Shown here in pieces: positions 54,101 to 64,000 of a stretch of DNA of 64,000 bases. Position numbers and translations under genes: made by a program. This stretch comes from Azolla caroliniana. Its lineage: Eukaryota > Plantae > Polypodiophyta. The stretch lies in contig JBHGNT010000076.1 of the NCBI GenBank assembly GCA_043228905.1, positions 43,731-107,730 on the forward strand, in the 5' to 3' direction. The stretch's first letter is position 1, and each line of letters starts with the position of its first letter. Under the pieces are notes generated by a model, which was given only the letters and a program-made list of their open reading frames with translations, had not been told where the DNA came from and did not search any database.

Positions 54101-54940
54101 CTGGCTCGTGTGATATCGGATTTTTGTGTTCAAACATGCGAAACGAAGCTAACAACGCTAGCTATGATATGGAATTAAAAGATCAAGATTTTGAAACTCA
54201 GGTCGAGAGACATGACGAAATTACCAAATTTGAGTAGAGAGTTGAGAGGAGTCCTTGAGTAAATGAAAATGTTCATACCTGGTTCGTGTGATATCGGATT
54301 TTTGTGTTCAAACATGCGATTCGAAGCTAACAACGCTAGCTATGATATGGAATTAAAAAATCAAGATTTTGAAACTCAGGTCAAGAGACATGAAGAAATT
54401 AGCAAATTAGAGGAGGGAGTGGAGAAGAGCCCGTTCGGAAATGAAAATGTTCCTACCTGGCTCGTGTGATATCTGCTTTTTGTGTTCAAACATGCGAATC
54501 GAAGCAAACAAAGCTAGCTATGATATAGAATTAAAAAATCAAGATTTTGAAACTCAGGTCGAGAGACATGACGAAATTAGCAAATTTGAGGAGTGAGTTG
54601 AGAAGAGCTAGTAGGTAAATTAAAATGTTCATACCTGGCTCGTGTGATATCGGATTTTTGTGTTCAAACATGCGAAACGAAGCTAACAACGCTACCTATG
54701 ATATGAAATTAAAAGATCAAGATTTTGAAACTCAGGTCGAGAGACATGACGAAATTACCAAATTTGAGGAGTGAGTTGAGAAGAGCTAGTAGGTAAATGA
54801 AAATGTTCATACCTAGCTCGTGTGATATCGGATTTTTGTGTTCAAACATGCGAAACGAAGCTAACAACGCTAGCTACGATATGGAATTAAAAAATCAAGA
54901 TTTTGAAACTCAGGTCGAGAGACATGACGAAATTACCAAA
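36185..54940 (+). repeat. 52-monomer tandem duplication (9267-bp unit = 52x178+10+1; junction within ~45452-45680)
   Basis: Rare variants at offset 9267: AGTTACGATATTG (40611/49878), TTTGACACTC (42421/51688), TGTGATTTTT (42881/52148), 10-bp insertion (43928/53195), GCTCGTATGA (44481/53748), ORFs (44996/54263). Confidence 0.93.
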
Positions 54941-57900
54941 TTTGAGTAGTGAGTTGAGAGGAGCCCTTGAGTAAATGAAAATGTTCATACCTGGCTCGTG
55001 TGATATCGGATTTTTGTGTTCAAACATGCGATTCGAAGCTAACAACGCTAGCTATGATATGGAATTAAAAAATCAAGATTTTGAAACTCAGGTCGAGAGA
55101 CATGACGAAATTACCAAATTTGAGGAGTGAGTTGAGAAGAGCTAGTAGGTAAATGAAAATGTTCATACCTAGCTCGTGTGATATCGGATTTTTGTGTTCA
55201 AACATGCGAAACGAAGCTAACAACGCTAGCTACGATATGGAATTAAAAAATCAAGATTTTCAAACTCAGGTCGAGAGACATGACGAAATTACCAAATTTG
55301 AGTAGTGAGTTGAGAGGAGCCCTTGAGTAAATGAAAATGTTCATACCTGGCTCGTGTGATATCGGATTTTTGTGTTCAAACATGCGATTCGAAGCTAACA
55401 ACGCTAGCTATGATATGGAATTAAAAAATCAAGATTTTGAAACTCAGGTCGAGAGACATGACGAAATTACCAAATTTGAGGAGTGAGTTGAGAAGAGCTA
55501 GTAGGTAAATTAAAATGTTCATACCTGGCTCGTGTGATATCGGATTTTTGTGTTCAAACATGCGAAACGAAGCTAACAACGCTACCTATGATATGAAATT
55601 AAAAGATCAAGATTTTGAAACTCAGGTCGAGAGACATGACGAAATTACCAAATTTGAGTAGTGAGTTGAGAGGAGCCCTTGAGTAAATGAAAATGTTCAT
55701 ACCTGGCTCGTGTGATATCGGATTTTTGTGTTCAAACATGCGAATCGAAGCTAACAACGCTAGCTATGAGATAGAATTAAAAAACTCAAGATTTTGAAAC
55801 TCAGGTCGAGAGACATGACGAAATTAGCAAATTTGAGTAGTGAGTTGAGGGGAGCCCTTGAGTAAATGAAAATGTTCCTACCTGGCTCGTGTGATATCAG
55901 ATTTTTGTGTTCAAACATGCGAATCGAAGCTAACAACGCTAGCTATGATATGGAATTAAAAGATCAAGATTTTGAAACTCAGGTCGAGAGACATGACGAA
56001 ATTACCAAATTTGAGGAGTGAGTTGAGAAGAGCTAGTAGGTAAATTAAAATGTTCATTATTGGTTCGTGTGATATCGGATTTTTGTGTTCAAACATGCGA
56101 TTCGAAGCTAACAACGCTAGCTATGATATGGAATTAAAAAATCAAGATTTTGAAACTCAGGTCGAGAGACATGACGAAATTACCAAATTTGAGGAGTGAG
56201 TTGAGAAGAGCTAGTAGGTAAATGAAAATGTTCATACCTAGCTCGTGTGATATCGGATTTTTGTGTTCAAACATGCGAAACGAAGCTAACAACGCTAGCT
56301 ATGAGATAGAATTAAAAAACTCAAGATTTTGAAACTCAGGTCGAGAGACATGACGAAATTACCAAATTTGAGGAGTGAGTTGAGAAGAGCTAGTAGGTAA
56401 ATGAAAATGTTCATACCTGGCTCGTGTGATATCGGATTTTTGTGTTTAAACATGCGAAACGAAGCTAACAACGCTAGCTATGAGATAGAATTAAAAAATC
56501 AAGATTTTGAAACTCAGGTTGAGAGACATGATGAAATTAGCAAATTTGAGGAGTGAGTTGAGAAGAGCTAGTAGGTAAATGAAAATGTTGATTATTGGTT
56601 CGTGTGATATCGGATTTTTGTGTTCAAACATGCGATTCGAAGCTAACAATGCTAGATACGATATGGAATTAAAAAATCAAGATTTTGAAACTCAGGTCGA
56701 GAGACATGACGAAATTACCAAATTTGAGGAGTGAGTTGAGAAGAGCTAGTAGGTAAATGAAAATGTTCATACCTGGCTCGTGTGATATCGGATTTTTGTG
56801 TTTAAACATGCGAAACGAAGCTAACAACGCTAGCTATGAGATAGAATTAAAAAATCAAGATTTTGAAACTCAGGTTGAGAGACATGATGAAATTAGCAAA
56901 TTTGAGTAGTGAGTTGAGGGGAGCCCTTGAGTAAATGAAAATGTTCCTACCTGGCTCGTGTGATATCAGATTTTTGTGTTCAAACATGCGAATCGAAGCT
57001 AACAACGCTAGCTATGATATGGAATTAAAAAATCAAGATTTTGAAACTCAGGTCGAGAGACATGACGAAATTACCAAATTTGAGGAGTGAGTTGAGAAGA
57101 GCTAGTAGGTAAATTAAAATGTTCATTATTGGTTCGTGTGATATCGGATTTTTGTGTTCAAACATGCGATTCGAAGCTAACAACGCTAGCTATGATATGG
57201 AATTAAAAAATCAAGATTTTGAAACTCAGGTCGAGAGACATGACGAAATTACCAAATTTGAGGAGTGAGTTGAGAAGAGCTAGTAGGTAAATGAAAATGT
57301 TCATACCTGGCTCGTGTGATATCGGATTTTTGTGTTTAAACATGCGAAACGAAGCTAACAACGCTAGCTATGAGATAGAATTAAAAAATCAAGATTTTGA
57401 AACTCAGGTTGAGAGACATGATGAAATTAGCAAATTTGAGTAGTGAGTTGAGGGGAGCCCTTGAGTAAATGAAAATGTTCATACCTGGCTCGTGTGATAT
57501 CGGATTTTTGTGTTCAAACATGCGATTCGAAGCTAACAACGCTAGCTATGATATAGAATTAAAAAATCAAGATTTTAAAACTCAGGTCGAGAGACATGAC
57601 GAAATTACCAAATTTGAGGAGTGAGTTGAGAAGAGCTAGTAGGTAAATTAAAATGTTCATACCTGGCTCGTGTGATATCGGATTTTTGTGTTCAAACATG
57701 CGAAACGAAGCTAACATCGCTAGCTATGATATGAAATTAAAAAGTCAAGATTTTGAAACTCAGGTCGAGAGACATGACGAAATTAGCAAATTTGAGGAGT
57801 GAGTTGAGAGGAGCCCTTGAGTAAATGAAAATGTTCATACCTGGCTCGTGTGATATCGGATTTTTGTGTTCAAACATGCGATTCGAAGCTAACAACGCTA

Positions 57901-59049
57901 GCTATGATATGGAATTAAAAAATCAAGATTTTGAAACTCAGGTCGAGAGACATGACGAAATTACCAAATTTGAGGAGTGAGTTGAGAAGAGCTAGTAGGT
58001 AAATGAAAATGTTCATACCTACCTCGTGTGATATCGGATTTTTGTGTTCAAACATGCGAAACGAAGCTAACAACGCTAGCTATGATATGAAATTAAAAGA
58101 TCAAGATTTTGAAACTCAGGTCGAGAGACATGACGAAATTACCAAATTTGAGTAGTGAGTTGAGAGGAGCCCTTGAGTAAATGAAAATGTTCATACCTGG
58201 CTCGTGTGATATCGGATTTTTGTGTTCAAACATGCGAATCGAAGCTAACAACGCTAGCTATGAGATAGAATTAAAAAACTCAAGATTTTGAAACTCAGGT
58301 CGAGAGACATGACGAAATTAGCAAATTTGAGGAGTGAGTTGAGAAGAGCTAGTAGGTAAATTAAAATGTTCATACCTGGCTCATTTGATATCGGATTTTT
58401 GTGTTCAAACATGCGAAACGAAGGTAACAATGCTACCTATGATATGAAATTAAAAGATCAAGATTTTGAAACTCAGGTCGAGAGACATGACGAAATTACC
58501 AAATTTGAGTAGTGAGTTGAGAGCAGCCCTTGAGTAAATGAAAATGTTCATACCTGGCTCGTGTGATATCGGATTTTTGTGTTCAAACATGCGAATCGAA
58601 GCTAACAACGCTAGCTATGAGATAGAATTAAAAAACTCAAGATTTTGAAACTCAGGTCGAGAGACATGACGAAATTAGCAAATTTGAGTAGTGAGTTGAG
58701 GGGAGCCCTTGAGTAAATGAAAATGTTCCTACCTGGCTCGTGTGATATCAGATTTTTGTGTTCAAACATGCGAATCGAAGCTAACAACGCTAGCTATGAT
58801 ATGGAATTAAAAAATCAAGATTTTGAAACTCAGGTCGAGAGACATGACGAAATTACCAAATTTGAGGAGTGAGTTGAGAAGAGCTAGTAGGTAAATTAAA
58901 ATGTTCATTATTGGTTCGTGTGATATCGGATTTTTGTGTTCAAACATGCGATTCGAAGCTAACAACGCTAGCTATGATATGGAATTAAAAAATCAAGATT
59001 TTGAAACTCAGGTCGAGAGACATGACGAAATTACCAAATTTGAGGAGTG

Positions 59050-62000
59050 AGTTGAGAAGAGCTAGTAGGTAAATGAAAATGTTCATACCTAGCTCGTGTG
59101 ATATCGGATTTTTGTGTTCAAACATGCGAAACGAAGCTAACAACGCTAGATACGATATGGAATTAAAAAATCAAGATTTTGAAACTCAGGTCGAGAGACA
59201 TGACGAAATTACAAAATTTGAGGAGTGAGTTGAGGGGAGCCCTTGAGTAAATGAAAATGTTCATACCTGGCTCGTGTGATATCGGATTTTTGTGTTCAAA
59301 CATGCGAAACGAAGCTAACAACGCTAGCTATGATATGGAATTAAAAGATCAAGATTTTGAAACTCAGGTCGAGAGACATGACGAAATTACCAAATTTGAG
59401 TAGAGAGTTGAGAGGAGTCCTTGAGTAAATGAAAATGTTCATACCTGGCTCGTGTGATATCGGATTTTTGTGTTCAAACATGCGATTCGAAGCTAACAAC
59501 GCTAGCTATGATATGGAATTAAAAAATCAAGATTTTGAAACTCAGGTCAAGAGACATGAAGAAATTAGGAAATTAGAGGAGGGAGTGGAGAAGAGCCCGT
59601 TCGGAAATGAAAATGTTCCTACCTGGCTCGTGTGATATCTGCTTTTTGTGTTCAAACATGCGAATCGAAGCAAACAAAGCGAGCTATGATATAGAATTAA
59701 AAAATCAAGATTTTCAAACTCAGGTCGAGAGACATGATGAAATTAGCAAATTTGAGGAGGGAGTGGAGAAGAGGCCGTGAGTAAATGAAACTGTTCATAC
59801 CTGGCTCGTGTGATATCGGATTTTTGTGTTCAAACATGCGAACCGAAGCTAACAACGCTAGCTATGATATGAAATTAAAAGATCAAGATTTTGAAACTCA
59901 GGTTGAGAGACATGACGAAATTACCAAATTTGAGTAGTGAGTTGAGAGGAGCCCTTGAGTAAATGAAAATGTTCATACCTGGCTCGTGTGATATCGGATT
60001 TTTGTGTTCAAACATGCGGAACGAAGCTAACAACGCTAGCTATGAGATAGAATTAAAAAATGAAGATTTTGAAACTCAGGTCGAGAGACATGACGAAATT
60101 ACCAAATTTGAGGAGTGAGTTGAGAAGAGCTAGTAGGTAAATTAAAATGTTCATACCTGGCTCGTGTGATATCGGATTTTTGTGTTCAAACATGCGAAAC
60201 GAAGCTAACAACGCTACCTATGATATGAAATTAAAAGATCAAGATTTTGAAACTCAGGTCGAGAGACATGACGAAATTACCAAATTTGAGTAGTGAGTTG
60301 AGAGGAGCCCTTGAGTAAATGAAAATGTTCATACCTGGCTCGTGTGATATCGGATTTTTGTGTTCAAACATGCGAATCGAAGCTAACAACGCTAGCTATG
60401 AGATAGAATTAAAAAACTCAAGATTTTGAAACTCAGGTCGAGAGACATGACGAAATTAGCAAATTTGAGTAGTGAGTTGAGGGGAGCCCTTGAGTAAATG
60501 AAAATGTTCCTACCTGGCTCGTGTGATATCAGATTTTTGTGTTCAAACATGCGAATCGAAGCTAACAACGCTAGCTATGATATGGAATTAAAAAATCAAG
60601 ATTTTGAAACTCAGGTCGAGAGACATGACGAAATTACCAAATTTGAGGAGTGAGTTGAGAAGAGCTAGTAGGTAAATTAAAATGTTCATACCTGGCTCGT
60701 GTGATATCGGATTTTTGTGTTCAAACATGCGAAACGAAGCTAACAACGCTACCTATGATATGAAATTAAAAGATCAAGATTTTGAAACTCAGGTCGAGAG
60801 ACATGACGAAATTACCAAATTTGAGTAGTGAGTTGAGAGGAGCCCTTGAGTAAATGAAAATGTTCATACCTGGCTCGTGTGATATCGGATTTTTGTGTTC
60901 AAACATGCGAATCGAAGCTAACAACGCTAGCTATGAGATAGAATTAAAAAACTCAAGATTTTGAAACTCAGGTCGAGAGACATGACGAAATTAGCAAATT
61001 TGAGTAGTGAGTTGAGGGGAGCCCTTGAGTAAATGAAAATGTTCCTACCTGGCTCGTGTGATATCAGATTTTTGTGTTCAAACATGCGAAACGAAGCTAA
61101 CAACGCTAGATACGATATGGAATTAAAAAATCAAGATTTTGAAACTCAGGTCGAGAGACATGACGAAATTACAAAATTTGAGGAGTGAGTTGAGGGGAGC
61201 CCTTGAGTAAATGAAAATGTTCATACCTGGCTCGTGTGATATCGGATTTTTGTGTTCAAACATGCGAAACGAAGCTAACAACGCTAGCTATGATATGGAA
61301 TTAAAAGATCAAGATTTTGAAACTCAGGTCGAGAGACATGACGAAATTAGCAAATTTGAGTAGTGAGTTGAGGGGAGCCCTTGAGTAAATGAAAATGTTC
61401 CTACCTGGCTCGTGTGATATCAGATTTTTGTGTTCAAACATGCGAAACGAAGCTAACAACGCTAGATACGATATGGAATTAAAAAATCAAGATTTTGAAA
61501 CTCAGGTTGAGAGACATGATGAAATTACCAAATTTGAGTAGAGAGTTGAGGGGAGCCCTTGAGTAAATGAAAATGTTCCTACCTGGCTCGTGTGATATCA
61601 GATTTTTGTGTTCAAACATGCGAATCGAAGCTAACAACGCTAGCTATGATATGGAATTAAAAAATCAAGATTTTGAAACTCAGGTCGAGAGACATGACGA
61701 AATTACCAAATTTGAGGAGTGAGTTGAGAAGAGCTAGTAGGTAAATTAAAATGTTCATTATTGGTTCGTGTGATATCGGATTTTTGTGTTCAAACATGCG
61801 ATTCGAAGCTAACAACGCTAGCTATGATATGGAATTAAAAAATCAAGATTTTGAAACTCAGGTCGAGAGACATGACGAAATTACCAAATTTGAGGAGTGA
61901 GTTGAGAAGAGCTAGTAGGTAAATGAAAATGTTCATACCTGGCTCGTGTGATATCGGATTTTTGTGTTTAAACATGCGAAACGAAGCTAACAACGCTAGC

Positions 62001-64000
62001 TATGAGATAGAATTAAAAAATCAAGATTTTGAAACTCAGGTTGAGAGACATGATGAAATTAGCAAATTTGAGTAGTGAGTTGAGGGGAGCCCTTGAGTAA
62101 ATGAAAATGTTCCTACCTGGCTCGTGTGATATCAGATTTTTGTGTTCAAACATGCGAATCGAAGCTAACAACGCTAGCTATGATATGGAATTAAAAAATC
62201 AAGATTTTGAAACTCAGGTCGAGAGACATGACGAAATTACCAAATTTGAGGAGTGAGTTGAGAAGAGCTAGTAGGTAAATTAAAATGTTCATTATTGGTT
62301 CGTGTGATATCGGATTTTTGTGTTCAAACATGCGATTCGAAGCTAACAACGCTAGCTATGATATGGAATTAAAAAATCAAGATTTTGAAACTCAGGTCGA
62401 GAGACATGACGAAATTACCAAATTTGAGGAGTGAGTTGAGAAGAGCTAGTAGGTAAATGAAAATGTTCATACCTAGCTCGTGTGATATCGGATTTTTGTG
62501 TTCAAACATGCGATTCGAAGCTAACAACGCTAGCTATGATATGGAATTAAAAAATCAAGATTTTGAAACTCAGGTCGAGAGACATGACGAAATTACCAAA
62601 TTTGAGGAGTGAGTTGAGAAGAGCTAGTAGGTAAATGAAAATGTTCATACCTAGCTCGTGTGATATCGGATTTTTGTGTTCAAACATGCGAAACGAAGCT
62701 AACAACGCTAGATACGATATGGAATTAAAAAATCAAGATTTTGAAACTCAGGTCGAGAGACATGACGAAATTACAAAATTTGAGGAGTGAGTTGAGGGGA
62801 GCCCTTGAGTAAATGAAAATGTTCATACCTGGCTCGTGTGATATCGGATTTTTGTGTTCAAACATGCGAAACGAAGCTAACAACGCTAGCTATGATATGG
62901 AATTAAAAGATCAAGATTTTGAAACTCAGGTCGAGAGACATGACGAAATTACCAAATTTGAGTAGAGAGTTGAGAGGAGTCCTTGAGTAAATGAAAATGT
63001 TCATACCTGGCTCGTGTGATATCGGATTTTTGTGTTCAAACATGCGATTCGAAGCTAACAACGCTAGCTATGATATGGAATTAAAAAATCAAGATTTTGA
63101 AACTCAGGTCAAGAGACATGAAGAAATTAGCAAATTAGAGGAGGGAGTGGAGAAGAGCCCGTTCGGAAATGAAAATGTTCCTACCTGGCTCGTGTGATAT
63201 CTGCTTTTTGTGTTCAAACATGCGAATCGAAGCAAACAAAGCTAGCTATGATATAGAATTAAAAAATCAAGATTTTCAAACTCAGGTCGAGAGACATGAT
63301 GAAATTAGCAAATTTGAGGAGGGAGTGGAGAAGAGGCCGTGAGTAAATGAAACTGTTCATACCTGGCTCGTGTGATATCGGATTTTTGTGTTCAAACATG
63401 CGAACCGAAGCTAACAACGCTAGCTATGATATGAAATTAAAAGATCAAGATTTTGAAACTCAGGTTGAGAGACATGACGAAATTACCAAATTTGAGTAGT
63501 GAGTTGAGAGGAGCCCTTGAGTAAATGAAAATGTTCATACCTGGCTCGTGTGATATCGGATTTTTGTGTTCAAACATGCGAAACGAAGCTAACAACGCTA
63601 GCTATGAGATAGAATTAAAAAATGAAGATTTTGAAACTCAGGTCGAGAGACATGACGAAATTACCAAATTTGAGGAGTGAGTTGAGAAGAGCTAGTAGGT
63701 AAATTAAAATGTTCATACCTGGCTCGTGTGATATCGGATTTTTGTGTTCAAACATGCGAAACGAAGCTAACAACGCTACCTATGATATGAAATTAAAAGA
63801 TCAAGATTTTGAAACTCAGGTCGAGAGACATGACGAAATTACCAAATTTGAGTAGTGAGTTGAGAGGAGCCCTTGAGTAAATGAAAATGTTCATACCTGG
63901 CTCGTGTGATATCGGATTTTTGTGTTCAAACATGCGAATCGAAGCTAACAACGCTAGCTATGAGATAGAATTAAAAAACTCAAGATTTTGAAACTCAGGT
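59050..64000 (+). repeat. Duplicated ~8-monomer block (~59050-60438 and ~62612-64000, offset 3562 = 20x178+2), with a trimer repeat (535 bp) at ~60120-61080
   Basis: ACAAAATTTG at 59211/62773, ORFs at 59429/62991, TTTTCAAACTC and GAGGCCGTGAG in both copies. ACGCTACCTA at 60211/60746. Confidence 0.85.

Larger units (their letters stand above)
1..64000 (+). repeat. Tandem satellite DNA array, 178-bp monomer, ~359 head-to-tail copies in one orientation (centromeric/heterochromatic-type satellite, probably plant)
   Basis: ATTTTGAAACTCAGGTCGAG recurs at 1, 179, 357... (period 178) through to the window end. No non-satellite sequence or strand switch seen. The only length variants seen are +10 bp and +1 bp. 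Centromeric role and plant origin are inferred from monomer size, homogeneity and mutation spectrum only. Confidence 0.98.

Noticed and set aside
5248-63197. Nine near-identical 66-68 aa + strand ORFs (MKMFIPGSCDIGFLCSN...)
   Set aside because: They are translations of satellite sequence where the divergent variant lacks stop codons. The 178-bp period is not a multiple of 3, no domain is recognisable, and the copy at 31282 lost its first ATG. Their identity follows from the block duplications.
1-64000. CRISPR-like array of conserved repeats with variable segments
   Set aside because: There are no unique spacers. The entire 178 bp is repeated, variation is limited to a few alleles, and there are no cas genes.
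1-64000. A single regular higher-order repeat period
   Set aside because: Landmark spacings are irregular (10, 23, 56, 57, 77, 52, 29 and 20 monomers between the divergent segments), which fits nested ad hoc duplications instead.
1-64000. Transposon or LTR insertion, inversion, or telomeric repeat
   Set aside because: Monomer register is kept throughout apart from +10 and +1 bp variants. No foreign sequence, reversed monomers or TTTAGGG/TTAGGG tracts were seen.

Overview
The whole 64 kb window is one uninterrupted, head-to-tail, single-orientation tandem satellite array. It has about 359 copies of a 178-bp monomer (~37% GC in the first monomer; ATTTTGAAACTCAGGTCGAGAGACATGACGAAATT...GGAATTAAAAAATCAAG). 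This size and homogeneity are typical of eukaryotic (probably plant) centromeric or heterochromatic satellite; I cannot assign the family or species. There are no credible genes, RNA genes, transposons or CRISPR arrays, and the ORFs in the track are by-products of one divergent monomer. I see no new coding system. What is interesting is the evolutionary record of the array: nested multi-monomer duplications (2-, 3-, 5-, 10-, 20-, 37- and 52-mers), some with mappable breakpoints and a recoverable order; short gene-conversion-like patches; the apparent birthplace of a 188-bp (+10 bp) monomer at a 4-bp TGGT microhomology; a dimorphic 6-bp box; a recurrent divergent relic segment; and variants consistent with CG/CHG methylation and with palindrome-perfecting mutation. 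All comparisons were made by eye, so mismatch counts are minimums.
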